From: Vicugna vicugna
Taxonomy: Eukaryota
Assembly (NCBI GenBank): GCA_013265495.1
Contig: MU058059.1
Location: 3,139,502 to 3,203,501 of the forward strand
Length of the DNA stretch: 64,000 nucleotides
Direction: 5' to 3'
The number at the start of each line of letters is the position of its first letter. Position 1 is the first letter of the stretch. The translations under genes and the position numbers were made by a program. Under the pieces are notes generated by a model. That model saw only the letters and a list, made by a program, of their open reading frames with translations. It searched no databases and was not told the DNA's origin. Positions 1 through 13,834 of this stretch are shown one piece after another.

Positions 1-169
1 GTATTATACAGAAAAAAAGCTTTCGTAAATTGATTCCAAAGTAGATGCCAATGGTTTACATTTTTTGTTTAAAAATTAACTTTTATAAAATGAAATGCTT
101 TTTAAAAAGGTTGCTGGGCTGCTTCTGATGCAGCGGGTTGGCTCAGCACCCCCCAGAGGATGCTAACTA

Positions 170-710
170 CTGGGCTAGTTTTCCATCGCTGCCAAACCAA
201 CTCCCACAAACTGAGGGCTAAAAGCAACACCCATGTGTTAGTTCACTGTTCTGCACATCAGAGGTTACATGAGCTTGGCTAGGTCCTCTGCTTGAGTTCA
301 CCTCCGAACTCGAGGTGACAGCCAGGCCTGGCTCTTTCCTGGTTTGTTCAGTTGTAGGACCGAGGTTCCTGTTTGATTGCTGGCTGATGGCCAGGGTGTC
401 GCTCTCAGTCCTAGCAACCAGTCCCCAGTCCTCGTATGTTGCCCTCTCCACCTTCAAGGCCAGCAAATGGCGTGGAATCTTCTGCCTCTTCTCCTGCTGA
501 CATCCTCTTACGCTCCCAGCTGATGAGAACTCAGTGCTGTAAAGGGCTCTTGTGAGGCTAGGTCCACCCAGAGAATCTCCCTGTATCAAGTTCAGCTGCT
601 TATCAACCTTAATTACATCTGCAAAATCTCTTTTGCCATGTAACATAAGATATTTGTGGGAGTACAACCAGGGCAGAAGGTCAAGGGGCCATCTCAGAAC
701 TCAGCCCATG
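170..710 (-). mobile_element. MaLR solo LTR (MLT1C/D-like)
   Basis: ccttaattacatctgcaaaatctcttttgccatgtaaca signature; MLT1-type terminus. Confidence 0.75.
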
Positions 711-2299
711 TAAGGACCGAGCAGACTGCCAAGGCAACGTACTGTCTCCAGCCCACAGGCTTCCTTCTTGGTGCCTGGGGGCCAAATAGCCTGCAGTTTT
801 CCCTTGATCCTCGGAGGGGCTGATCATCGTGAATCTACCCACTTAGACCCAAGAAACCTTCTTTGGCGAGCAGAGCCCCGCATTTTGTGAGGGATTATCA
901 GATGCTCCCGCAGACAGAGGTGTGATGGTGCGACCGTCAGGGCCTCTGGGACAGGCTTCCCACCTGTCAGCCCACGGGGCCGCATCTGAGTAAACGCTGT
1001 GGACGTCGTGGGGTAGGGGCTCTTGTGCTCCATCCTGACGGCTTGGCAGTGCCGAGTGGCAGGGACCTGCCTCTCCAGTGCTTCCCCCCCAGGGCTCCTT
1101 CTAATCAGGGGGTCCCCTGTGGCACTTGCGGGATCGGGAGTCACAAGCCCGTGACACGTCAGTTCCTCCTATGCAGTCAGCCCAGATGCAACAGCAATGC
1201 GCTGACCTGGCCGAAGGCGCTGTCCCCAGGTTTTGTTGGCTCCCTTTTCCCTTTGGTGAGGGTGCGATCTCTGCCCAAACCCCGTCAGTTGACTCCAAGC
1301 GTGCTTCTCCCTGAAGGACCAGCGATGATGGTCCCCTGGGTGCTTACGTTCAACAGAGCCATAAAGTTTGAGGTGCTCCCCACCCTTCCTCCAGAGTTCC
1401 CCGGCATACTCAGATGCACGTGCTCGAGGCTGGGGACACCTTGGTCCCACTTCTAATCGATTTTTAGCTTGAACCAGGAGGAGGGAGAGGTGGGTGGGGG
1501 ATCCGAGGAGAGAGCTGCTCCGGGCCAGTGAGTAAGCACGTTTACTTTCTGTTTCAGGTGGCTGCCTGTTCAGACTCAACCACACTGCTCTTGAGTGTGG
1601 CTCACTGCGGACACTGTGTCCTCGCTGCCGGCACCATTTATTTTAGCACTGGGGACAGTGCTCAGCAGCCAGGCCGCACTGTCTCCTGGCTGGGCTTACA
1701 GGGAGTGATAGCACCTCCTCCCCCTCCTGCCTGGAGGAGGGTGGGCAGTGGCCAGCGCACCGTTTGGAAGGCGTCTTCGGCTCTTCCACTCAGCCTCTGA
1801 CGCGCGTTAGGGGCCAGGACAGAGCGCCTCACCCCAGCCCCTCACTGCCCGGCGAGAGCAGCCGCGTCCGAGCCCCAGGGAGTCTTCTTGCAGCGCCTGA
1901 TCCCGTCCCCGGAACGTCTCCGCTTCTCGTCCAGAAAGCTGTGGATCTATTAGAATCCTGTCTTCTCACCAAAACTTAAGAATTGGGAAGGCTCTGAGAT
2001 GTTGCCCTGATCACAAGCCAGCAAGGGAGCCTGCGGCTGTTTGAGGGGATCTGCTGTGCAACATGGTGCTTACAGCTGCCGTTCTATGTTGTGCACTTAA
2101 AAAATTGAGGGTAGGTTTCGTGTTGCATTCTTACAAAAATAAAGTTACAAAAATTTTTAAGAACAAAAACAAAAAAGGAAAAGGAGGAGGAGAAGGAAGA
2201 GGTGGAGGAGAAGAGTGTGGAGAGGAAGAACAAACACTTTCCAAGGCCTTTATCCTCCTCTCTTCTATCAAGGAAAACAGGTGTGGAATAACGCAATCA

Positions 2300-2900
2300 C
2301 TGTGAATCTCAGACTAGAGACACACGTCCTGGATTTGAATCCTGGATTTTCCCTGTGTGACCCTGGACAGGTCACTTGACAGCTCTGTGGCTCCATTTCC
2401 CCAGCTGTAAAATGGGGATAATAGTATCTGTTATAAGGGTGCTATGAGGTTTAAGCGTCAGTCCGCACAGAGAAACTTAGAAAGGCCCTGGCGCTCAGTA
2501 GATGTTGTCACTACTGCTAGAGATGCTGAATGCAGGGTTAAACAGTGACTCCAGTGGAGCGTGCAAGCCAACTAAATACTTGTTCATAAAGGAACACATG
2601 ATTTGTACAAGTGAAGTTCTGTTACTCATTTTCTTCTACTGACCAAACGATAAAGGTAGATATACTGTAGGCTTCTTGACAAGGAGGCAGTGGGCTCAGG
2701 CTGAGGGCGTGCCTCCTGCCTGCTAAGCGTGGCATAGTTTTACATTTATTGATGTTTTTACCTTATTTTCTCAACAAGCCTGCAAGTTGGGTATGTCATC
2801 CCCATTCTTCCTGAGGATGAAACTTGCCCAAGATTGAGAAATTTGTCCCAAATCACAGTGCCTAGTAGGCCTGGACGTGAGTTCAGCTCTGACTGTAGCA
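2300..2900. mobile_element. Two MIR SINEs in opposite orientation
   Basis: ctgtaaaatggggataatagta core at about 2405 and a reverse core at about 2800; further MIRs near 12490, 36300, 36550, 37650, 38560, 41200, 52330, 57450 and 63900. Confidence 0.65.
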
Positions 2901-3034
2901 CACAGTATATGAACACAGATGCCCGCGTGTACTCTATACGCAGACACCTGCTTTCCTGGAACCACCAGAAAGAGAATGAATTGAAATCATTATAGTCGAA
3001 GGCGCTCAGTGCCGGGAAGAGTCAAGTTATTTAC

Positions 3035-5126
3035 CGGCTACACCAGGCTTCACGGTTTTCTTTTTAAACTGGGTGTTGGTCTGGGTGTAATATTCCAGAT
3101 GACAGATCTTTTTCTTTCATCGTTAAGTGGTCTATCCAAGGAAAAAATAAAGTAGAAAAAAATGTGTTGAGACTTGAAGGATAAATTGCTATAGATGCCT
3201 CAGGACAGATGGGATGGGTGAGTGAGGTAATAATTTAGGGAAATGTAATGACCAACAAACGAATTACCACTAGTGCTGAGTTTTGTATTTATCCAACATT
3301 CTCTTGTCGTGTATAGATATGAACCCACTGCGCTCTGTCCTTTGGGAAGTATCATGGTTTTTTGGAGGCACTGTTTTGAATGTTCAGAAACAGAAGCCAC
3401 CATCCAGTGTTAGAAAAGTGAAGCAAGTAAATAGAAGGAAAAAAGTCTTGTCTTCTTTCCCTGTAGAAGTGTCTGTGTCAGATTACTAACGTTGTACCAA
3501 GAGGCTCAGAATACATTGCATTTGTTTGCTTATATAACTTTTACTCACTATTTTCATTTTGTGGTGAGTTGAAGGAAAAATGGAATAAGAACAAGATGAC
3601 CGTTCCATTTTGTCCTAAAACAGAAAACAGGAAGAATGAGTACTGCCCTCTTTTGGTTACACAATATAATAATTTTACATCATTAACACTGAGCAGCTGG
3701 CAGAACGTGTTCGTCATCACCAAGTGAACAGAAAATTCATTGAGCTCACTTACCTGGCCTGAGTCAATTTTTAGGCTATTTCCTCATAAGATCGTTCTTC
3801 AGCAGAGTAATCACAGGGGTTCCAAACTCTAATTTGTCTTTTAATCGTAGACAGAGAAAGGGCTGGTGGGTTGTTTAGATTCTCCTGCAGATCACTGACA
3901 GTTCTAATGGTATTTAATCATTCTAAAGCATTCAGAGTGGACACGGAGAGACTCGGAGAACGTTTTGTGTAATCATTACAGCCAATTTCCCAATGGCTCC
4001 AGGAGCCAGGAACTTGAGCGAGAGGCTGGGCTCCCTTAGGCGAGGAATGACTGCGGCAGAGGCTCCCCGGTCCCCAGTGCAGGGTCTGTCTGCACACGCA
4101 AGGGAGGAAGAGAAGGAAGACTGGCATGGAATAGGCACATTCCAGAAATGTTCTGTGTTTTAAGGAAACACTGCCGCTTTAGAAGGAAGCCTTGAGACGT
4201 CAACCGGGGATGCTGTCTGGGGCGGGCCTCTCCGCTGCCTTAGCTGCAGGAAACCATAGTCACTGGACATGACTCGTGTTTCATTAGCAGTGGTCCTAGA
4301 GACAAGGCTTGGAGTGTGTAGGTAAAGGACATGTTTTTAAGAGGAAACTTGTGAATGTGAAGAAGGGAGAAATTTGGAAAGGAAATTGGGGGGGGGTTAG
4401 GTATAGTTCAGTGATAAAGCACATGCTTAGCATGCACAAGGTCCTGGGTTCAATTCCCAGTAATTCCATTGCAAAAATTTTTTGAAATAAATAATTTTTT
4501 TTAATTATTTTAAAAAATGGAAAGGAAATATAATCCTCTTATATCATGTGTGGATCCAGAGAGGAAGAAACCAAAGTAAACCTTTTAAAAGGCTCATCAA
4601 GTTGGCAGAAAATAGATTATAAAACCCAAATGAGGATTTTGGGGATATTTGGGATAAAAAGGGACATAGAAACATCCATTGATTCACCAGCTCATCTGCA
4701 GGATGTATGATTCAAAGACTGTTTGCAATGAATTTTTCTTTTTTTGTATGACGTGATAGCAAAAGATGGAAAGAGCTAGAACCTGATTTGGATGTCAGCA
4801 GTCCGGGTTTCAGACTGCGGCCTCATGCCTGTCCTTTGATACAAACACCTGGAACAGTGAGTTAAAGGGGTGAATAAGAAATTTTACAGCTTGAAATGGG
4901 GTAGACTGTTGTGTACAGGAGAAGATAAAGACTGTTTTTCATTCAGCCAGCATGCGATGTAAAACAAAAGTATCACATGTGTGTAGAAGTCAGAACTTCC
5001 TACTTCTTACCCACGGAGCTTCTGGCAGCTCTGAATTTCATCATCTTTCTACTTTCTCACCTATGTGGGATGGCAGTGTTGTTCAGAAGATAAAGATAAA
5101 CTCTGGATTTAAGTATTTCCTGCTTT
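3035..5126 (-). pseudogene. Compact cluster of distal pseudo-exons
   Basis: 5126-5061, 3884-3754, 3614-3549, 3460-3268 and about 3135-3035; donors include CAG|gtaagt, ATA|gtgagt and TAG|gtgaga; the last four are separated by introns of 139, 88 and about 132 nt. Confidence 0.5.
4387..4517 (+). mobile_element. tRNA-derived SINE (camelid vic-1-like)
   Basis: A/B-box tRNA-like body and AT-rich tail; TSD tggaaaggaaat at 4375-4386 and 4518-4529. Confidence 0.85.
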
Positions 5127-5186
5127 CTTATGGGGAAAAGAAAACCCGTGAGCACAGATTACCTAGATCGCCATCAGCTTATTTAA

Positions 5187-5582
5187 ATTTTTTTTTTATT
5201 GAAGTATAGTTGATTGACAATGTTGTGTTAGCTTCTGGTGTACAGTGATTCAGTTATACATATATATTCTTTTTAATATTTTTTCATTATAGTTATTACA
5301 AGGTATTGAATACAGTTCCCTGTGCTCTACAGTAGGACTTTGCTGTTTATCTGTTTTATACATAGTAGTTAATATCTGCATATCCAGAACTCCCAATTTA
5401 TTCCTCCCTCTTCCCCTTTGGTAACTGTAAATCTGTTCTCTATGTTGGTGAGTCTGTTTCTCTTTTGTAAATTAGTTCATTTGTATCATTTTTTTAGATT
5501 GCACATATGAGTGGACTGTGTCTTCCTCTGTCTCACTTGACCTAGTGTGATCATCTCTCGGTCCATCCAGGGTGCTGCCCAG
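5187..5582 (-). mobile_element. L1 3' fragment
   Basis: Poly-T then attgaagtatagttga L1 3' end; TSD cagcttatttaa at 5175-5186 and 5583-5594. Confidence 0.85.
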
Positions 5583-7489
5583 CAGCTTATTTAAGGGTCA
5601 TTCGTCACAATGCGCCATTCCTCCCTCTCCTTCATCCCTCTAAGAACAGATGTTGACCAATCAGAAGGGCTGGAGGAGCCAGCAGGGGACGCTGGGTAAA
5701 CCACTGAGCGAACCCCTGGTGGGAAACTGGCACTCCGTTCTCCCTGCCTCACACCTGTTGCTGTGATGTTGGTGAATCTGTGTGCCCTCTTGATGGCAGT
5801 TCCAGACACGCACCGTCACATTTCCCCTCCCCTCTTCATCACTGAGATTGGCTTAAAAAGATGAGCTCCAGCAGGAGGAAGGGGGAGGCACTGCGTGCAG
5901 TATAAAGGTTAGACTTGCAATTCTGCGGAATTTAGTACATTTCTAAATTAGTTCCGTACATTTTTGGAAGGTTGACACCGACTGGAATGAGGCCCCCTTC
6001 CAAGGTTCCCTAGACCAGCAGCACCTCCTCCAGGGCTCTGTGCTCCCCCAGCACCTGCTGTGGGTGTCTGCTGGCTGGTCTGCCTGTGAGTGTCAGGTCC
6101 ACAGAGGACGGAGGAGGACCCCAGGTGAAGAGTGTGGACGGGGAAGGTCCAGCACTCCGAGAGCCTTACCAGCCTTCAGGGTCTTAACAATAATCACAAG
6201 TGGGTTCTCTTTGTGAAAATAAGGGTCTTGCATTTCTTGTGGCCTGTCCATCACTGGACAGAAGTGGAGTAGGACCCCCTTGGTTTTCAGCAGGCGTTAC
6301 CTGCTCCCTTTACCCTGAAAATGGCCTTTCCACCTGTCCCCGTCATTTGCTCCATCCCAGGGGACTGAGGAGAGGACTCACATTTTCCTCTCCACGGTGA
6401 GGAAAGGCGCACAGGCAAACTGGACATTAGCCCCGGCCCTTCAGCTCCACGTGACCTGTCGTCTTCTTTTTGCCACATCAAGTACGTCCTTCAGAAGCAA
6501 AATGCACAGGAGGAAATAGAGTCTTTCCCGGTTCAGTAGGGCATCTGCCCTGATCCCCTTCACAGTTCATCCCAAGCAGCCTCTCTACCCACCCCCCACC
6601 CAGAATGCGGCTTCTGACCACTCCTCGGAGAGCGCTGCGGTCTGTCCAGAAGTGCTGCGGGTCTGAAACTTCACCCAACTTGGACTCCGACAGGTTGTCC
6701 CGTTCCAGTTTCACGGATCCTGAAGAAACAAGACTCTGGGGTCGGAGACAAAGGACTTTGTTATGAACGGCACGGCAAGCAGGGCCAGCTCTTCGCAGCC
6801 CCTGCTTAACACGGAAGTGAGGCAGTGGTCCCAGATGGCAGAGCACGTGCGGGACAGGGACCCAGGGTCACGTGGCCAGCACGTGGCCAGGCAGCCGACG
6901 AGCCATCCCCCACACTGTGACCTGCGTGCTGACCCACGTGACCAGCCAGGGGCACCGCTCTGCGTCAGGAGACAGCATACTAACCATCGGGTGCACTGGG
7001 TGCGAACCTCCCGGGTGTGCGGGCCTTGGAGGGCCGCCTGTCCCCACGGGGCCCGCATACGTCTTACAATTCCAAGCTTCCCTTCAGACTTACCTTCATC
7101 CAGAGGCCCGCAACCCTGAGTGCTGACAGCCCCGTGCTGGGTGCTGAAGACCCACCGGAAGTTGACCTTGCTGGAGGAGAGTGGGATGGTGGGATGTCAA
7201 TGTCTCCCTGTATTTAAACAAAATCACTGGAAACCCTGCCCCCACCCCCACCCCTTCCACGGTTTCAGTTCCTGCCTGGCTGTTACATAAACTCGCAGTT
7301 CCTGTTGGATTGCAATATTGAAAAAGAAACAGCACCTACTCTCCAGTTTGGATGGAGAGTTCAACAGAAAGAGGAAGCTACGGCGACTAAGAAGCTCAAA
7401 CTTTGTATGTCCACAACCTCACTTCGGGGTCCCGGGGCCACGCGGCACACGCAGTCCGGGACCCCGCCGCGCCCGCCACCGCTATGCGC

Positions 7490-8000
7490 AGGCCATTTCT
7501 TGCCTGGATTATCACAATCCATCGTCTGCTGGCTGTTTCATGGCTTCAGTCTTTGCCGCCTCGCGTTGATGCTTAATCCAGCAGCCAGAGTGACCCTCTC
7601 AGCATGAAAAGCCAGATCATGTCACTTTTCTGCTCAAAACCTCTCATCGACTCCTAAAGCATTCAGAGTAAAAGGATCTGCCTGGTCCTGTACGGCTGCA
7701 CCCCCGCCTGTGTCTCGGATCCGAGCTCTGACCCCCTCTCCTGGCTACCTCCGCTCCCTTCACTCCGGCCTCCGCCCACCTGCTCCAGAGCCACCTGGCC
7801 CCCAGGGCCATGGGCCTCACCTCGTGCTGCTGCTCCCTGTGTCTGGGGCTGCTCCCCGGATGCCAAAGGGCTGGTCTGCTCCCCTTCAGGTCACCCCTAC
7901 CCTGCACCCCTGCTTTAACCCTGGCATGTGGCACTGCCTGCCACACACTGGCTCCTGGCAAATGGTTGTTAGATTCATTAACTCAGCAAGTATTGATGGT
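7490..8000 (+). mobile_element. L2 3' fragment
   Basis: cagcagccagagtgacc...agatcatgtcacttttctgctcaaaacc. Confidence 0.65.
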
Positions 8001-11000
8001 CTGCCCTTTGCCTGTGCAGACCAACAGGAACTTGTAAGGCAGTGCGTGGTGCTGCACGGGGAAGCGTAGGGTGTCACAGGGCCACACGGGGCGGGGGGGC
8101 CACACTGAGGGGAGACCAGATGGGAATTTGTCTTTTAAAGGACCCTTAGAGAAGTCCCTGTGACACCCATGCGTCCCAGTTTGGCATTCCCAGCATCCTA
8201 TCCCACCTGAGGAGCGCAGGCACATTTGCTTTCATTGTGTTTAAAAAGGTATCATCATGGGCTTAATAGGAAATAGCAAAATGGGAGAACATTCACCTAC
8301 CCAAAGGGAGCCCAGGCAGAAACGAAAGCAGTGCAAAAGGGACTAAAACAATTTTTAAAATTTTAAAGTGAGTTTTTAGTACTTTCTATACTTTTTACAT
8401 TAAAAATAAGTATCTTTAAAACTTTACTGAATATAGTCTAGTTATGCCAAATTCTCTTCTGATTATTAATGTGAATATATGTTTCACAAAATTGTAGTTG
8501 TACTTACACACCTTCTTAAAATCTATGCCTTTTCATGGAGTATCGCTTCGTTGGCCCAAACCTCTCCATCACACAGTCTGTGTGACTGTCCCACCCTCCT
8601 CCGTTCACCCTGTTTTCCTGCCTTTTCTGGTGGTTTCTCTTCCTTCCAACAGCATTGTTTCGAACAAGCCATCCAGCGGACGCTTTCCCTGCGAACCCAA
8701 GGTCACAGAGGCAGCTTTCCCCGTCCAGACCGCTCGTCTCCCGCCCCTCCTCCCTCTGCCTCCACTTGTCTTCAGTTCCCAGAGGTTTCTGTGTTTTCGT
8801 TGGGTTTTGTTGGGTTTTGTTGGGCTTGGCTTTTTGTTTGTTTGTTTTTGGTCTTTTTCTGGTTGGGAATATAGGCTTCATGGGTGAATGACAGTTTCTT
8901 TTCCCAAAGACCTCGGAGCTCTGTGGGTGCCCCTTCCGTGGTCACCCCCACTCTGGCTGACCCTCTTCCCCTCGCCCATGGGAGGCAGGAATCTTAAAAC
9001 AAAAACCCCCATCAGGTTTACAGAAAGCAGGCGCTAGCAGCTGATGTGCGCTGAGTGCTGACCGTGCGCCAGGCTCTCAGCTTCGCCCTGAGCTGTCGTC
9101 CCCACGCTCCCGCCGGGGGGTGAGCGCCTGGTCTAAGGCGCCTGAGTGCTGGGTGACGGGACATTGTTTTTTTCCCTTTTCAAGAGTAAAAATTTTGTTT
9201 TTGAGGAACTTCTTATGCACATTTTAAAGATACTCCCATAAAGGAAGCAAAAATACTCTCCTCCCCTCCTCGTCCTGGAAATAACTAAGAAGGCGCACAG
9301 TTTCTGTTCAGCTCACAGCACTTGGAAGCGCAGCACCAGCACCAAAACGTCAGCGTTGATGTGCTGTGCGCCCCAGCTTTCTTTGGTTGGGGCTCTGCCC
9401 GCGGGGTGTCAGTGTTCTGTCCTTCACCTCACCCAGCCAAAACAGCAAAAACCGCGGCGGGGGGACGTACCCCAGCGGTTGCTGACACTGGGGAGGTCCC
9501 TCTCCTCCTCTCCTCAGGCATCCACCGGATGTCGCTCGGCTTCCTGGAAAACCGGCTGACACTTTCCTTTTGTGGTGGTTCCGTGAAAAATCGTGGTAAA
9601 CATTCTCACGTCCACATCTTGGAGGTTAGTCTTCCACCTTACTGTTTGGGCGATTCTTTGGTGTTGGTAAGGTCGTGGTCTGTTCTACGTTTTGTTTGGT
9701 TTTTTGAGTAGTCGTTAACTCCAGATCACAGGCCATGGTGAGGATGCCGGGGGCGTGGTGTTACCAATCCGGGCTCCCACCACCATGCGACTCTGGTCAG
9801 GGAAGCCGACCAGGTGGCAAAGCCGCGAAGCTGGAGACACAGCGAGGACATGTTGCTGCGTGGGAGACGGCGGTATCTGGGCCTTGTCTTTGAGGGAAGC
9901 GGAGGGGTTACTTTTAGAATGGCTCCTTCCTGGTTCTCATGGGTTTGCTCTGCTGTGAGTGGAATGCGGGTGAAGTCCCCAGATGTGCACCCAGGAAGAT
10001 TCAGGCCGGCCTCACGGAGGAGCGCGGGACTGAGCTTGAGCGTGGGGCCCGCCGCCTCCTGCCCCCGGCCGCCTCACCGCCCCCGCCCCAGGGCCGAGCT
10101 TCCTGCTGAGGGCGGCAGAGCTGCTCTCTGGGCCTTCCACCTGAGAAGGCCCCCAGGCTCCTCCCCTGGAACGCAAGCTGCCCTTGGCCTGCGCTGCCTG
10201 CGAGGTGTCCTTCTCTTACAAGCCCCCGCCCTGCCCCTCCCCGAAGTGGCCTGGGCTCCGGTTTCCGGAAAACCAGAAGCTGACTTTGCCCTTTCCGTCT
10301 GCCCTTCTCAGTTTGTCCAGGATACTCATCACCGGGGCGTTCTGGCTGGTTTGCCCCTTATTGAGTCTCGGCAACTCTTTACCGCACTGTTTCGTTGACA
10401 TCGGGGGCCACGAGGGCCTGGTGACCACAGTGGCAGGTGCCACCACTGGGGAACCCACCTGCCTTGCACAGAAGCCCCAGGAGCAGCTGCTGCTTCCTGT
10501 GCAGAAGCCCAAGCCCCAGGGAGTCAATTTCCAGCCAGGGGGCTCTCTAGTTGTCAGCTCTTGTGCACAAGAGATGACACCAAATCAGGGTGCCCTGCCC
10601 TTCCCAGCCCCGGTGAGTGGCTCTCCTGCCCCGTCTCTCTCTGTCTGACGATTCGTCTGTGGGTCACACGTCAGCCCCCCAAGAGGACCGTCCTGCAGAA
10701 GGTACTCTATCCGGACTCTCTCACCGTGTTAAGCAGAGTTTTCATGCCTTGGTCTCTCAGCGCTCTACTCACAATCGTGTCCATGCTGAGGACCTCCTCG
10801 AATATTCATTGTTTCTCTTTGAATCCATGCAGCTCTTCACTTTAAATTTAATTACCTGTGTTGTCCAAAACACTGTCATTTTCAAGACTAGTGATCTGAG
10901 GTGATGGTGATCTGTTTTCAGATCCTCATTAACTGAACTCATGACCCGGAGAACTGCCGTCTGTCTGTGTCAGTGTAACACAGCTGTTCGTCCCAGGAAA

Positions 11001-12015
11001 TCCTCGTGCGAGGAGGTAAGACTGGGCACCGATGAATCACTTCCCTTTTCGCTTCAGGAAGTGCCTGCAGGTGACTTCCTCCAGAGGAGCAGTTGGCTTA
11101 CCTGAGCAAACTGTCCTCAGGCACAGTTCAGGCCTCCAGACCCTCACCTCGCTGTGACCGCCAGTCCGGAACCGCTGTGTCATGACTGTGCCCAGCCCAG
11201 CCCAACCCACCTCCAGCCACTGGAGCCCGCACCTCAAACCCTGTACATAGTCTACCTTGAACTTTTCCTTTTGACAAAATGGTGAAAACTGTCAAAGCGG
11301 TGGTCTCCCTTTGCAGTAAATCTAAAAATCACTGTGCTTGCTCGCGACACCTTCGACGGTCTCGTGGGAGCTGACAGCAACTCTGAGAGTTTAAAATGTT
11401 CAACTGTGCACCCCCCGAAATCACCTCACACATTCTGAGTGGGGCACACCACCCCCTTCAAGAGCAAACGAAGAGAGGAAAGTGGTCGGGCCAGCACCCC
11501 GACCTCCCCAGCCCGCCTCCCCGCTTCCTGCCTCCTCCTCTCTTGTCCTCACCACCAAGGCCCCGTTGCGCCTACTCCCCCCTTCCCTTCCACAACCCGA
11601 AGGCAGGACACACTCAGGATGAGCAGGTCGTGTGACAGTGAGGGCTGTAGAAAGCCTCTGTGGTTTGCAAAGGTTGTTAACGTAAAACAGAATGATCGGC
11701 CATTTGTGGGGTCAGTCACTACACTGGCCACTCTGAAGCCAGATTTCAAGTAAATGTGGAAACTCACGGCTCCAGGACAGAGCAGTCTCACACCCAGGCA
11801 ACTGCTTACATGATGTGATTTGAGAGTATCAAGGCTTCTCTGCCCCAAATGTCTTGCTTTTCTCCCATTTTCTCACAATGCACAGGTTTTATATGGCATG
11901 AAATTCTAACTTTAACTTAAGTAAAACATTAACTTTTTAAGAACCGCCTTTATGGTCCTTTGAAGACACACAATCTGGGGAGATACAATAGCAACCTTTG
12001 ATCTTCATTGGTCAT

Positions 12016-12385
12016 TGTCTTAGTTCCAGATGTTATAACCAAAGTACCACTGGGGGTTGTTTAAGACTCCGGGGGCTTTACCAACAAGCATTTATTCTCC
12101 CAGCAGCTCTGGAGGCTAGCTGTCCCAGAGCAAGGTGCTGGCGGATCCGAGTCGGGCGAGGGCCCTCTTCCTGGCTTGCAGATGGTCATCTTCTCACGGT
12201 GCCCACATGCTGAGTGGGGCTGGGGAGAGAGGTCTGTGTCTCTTCTTATAAGGGCACGAATCCCATTCCTGGGGGCTCCACCCTCCCGACTTAATTACCT
12301 CCCAAAGGCCTCAGCGCCAAAGACCATCACAGGGCGGATTAGCTTCAGTTTGTGAACCTGGGGGACGTAGCATGGAGCCCATGGT
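12016..12385 (-). mobile_element. MaLR solo LTR (MLT1A/B-like)
   Basis: tcttcttataagggcacgaatcccatt...taattacctcccaaaggcc. Confidence 0.75.
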
Positions 12386-13834
12386 ACCCAGTCACTGTTT
12401 CAACGCGTCCGTGTGCATTAAGTTGCATGTTAACTACATGTTTTGATTCTTAAAGCTTCCTGTGAATGGGAGATACTGTTTCTTACAATTTAGAGATCAG
12501 GAAACCAAGGCTTCGAAATGTTTGCAAACTTGCCCGGTCGCACAGCTGTGAGGGGCATACCCATGTGGTCTCTCCCCGTGACTGCCCTGCTGCCCTTCTT
12601 AAGAGTGGATTCATGACGTGAAAACAGCATCTAATGCCGGCGAGACCCCATTGTTTGTCTAGTTTTCTCGTTGGCTTTCTTACTTCCTCATCAGGACCCC
12701 CCGAAGCAAGCAAGATAGACGCTATTTTTAGCAACAGCTTGTCAGTTCAGTTTGCTCTTGGGGGAGACTAGGCTGAAGCGAAGGGGCTACAATGCCACTG
12801 GACCCACAGAGTCAGAGCGAGGGCAGGTGCTGCCCAGAAGGTGGGCAAATTGGGAGAAGGGGGTGGAAGCTACAAACTTCCAGTTATAAGTAAATCCTGA
12901 GGAGGGAATGACCATTGCCAGCAATACCATGTTGCACATCTGGAAGTTACTGAGAGAGCAGATCGCTGCCTGGGACGGCGTCCCACTTTGAGAAGAAAGT
13001 CCACGAGAGACCCACGTTCTCTGTAAACTCTGTTCTTCTTTGCTAGGAAGGCACTGAAGACACAAGGGATTTACGATACATTAAACGTGGCCGTGAACAG
13101 ACTCGGGGAACACAGGGCTAAGGCTCTCACGGGACGTCCTGAGGAAGAAGCAGTCCTTATCAGGATTCAGGCCCAGCTGTGGGTTTCAAATTCTTTTGGG
13201 GATTCTTGCAATCCTAAGATACAGAAATCCAGGGCGATCGGGAAGACGAGAACGACCTGAAATGCTGTCAGTCGGGTTTGCTGTTTCTAACCCTGCTTGG
13301 GCTGTGCACCCACACGTGAGGGACGCAGCGTCTGCAGCGTCCACGTGGTTCTCACGACAGCTCCACACAGAACGAACAGCTTTGTGTTCAGGTTAGGACA
13401 CTGAGAGCACAATCCAAAACCGAGGCTGTCCTGCTCCCAAGGCTGCGCCTGGTTCCAGGAGGCTCCCAGATCAGCCCCAGGCCATCCTGACGCCAAAGAG
13501 AAACAGTAGACGGGGCCAACAGAGACCTGTTTCCGAGCCTCGAATGCCAGAATGCCACCCCTTCCCACCTCGGGGCACCTGACACCACCTTCTTCAGAAA
13601 CAAAGAAGCACGGTTACTCACAAGGGAACCTAATTCGTCTGAGATGCAAGGTAGACCTTAGCTTTAGTTTGGGGTTTTTTAGACCAATAGAGCAGTCTAG
13701 AACTTTTTTGAACTTCCCCACACAATGAAAAGCCATTTGCCTCTTGCCCCAGTACACACAATACACACACGTGTCACAGAAGTCTCACAGGACAACACTC
13801 ACCATACACGTGAGATGCATGCCAACATATTATT

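Noticed and set aside
4583..4696. Additional minus-strand pseudo-exon
   Set aside because: Plausible acceptor but a weak donor (gtttac), and all three frames look equally protein-like, so it cannot be assigned
10617..10960. Coding-like text on both strands
   Set aside because: No consistent splice boundaries or recognisable motif
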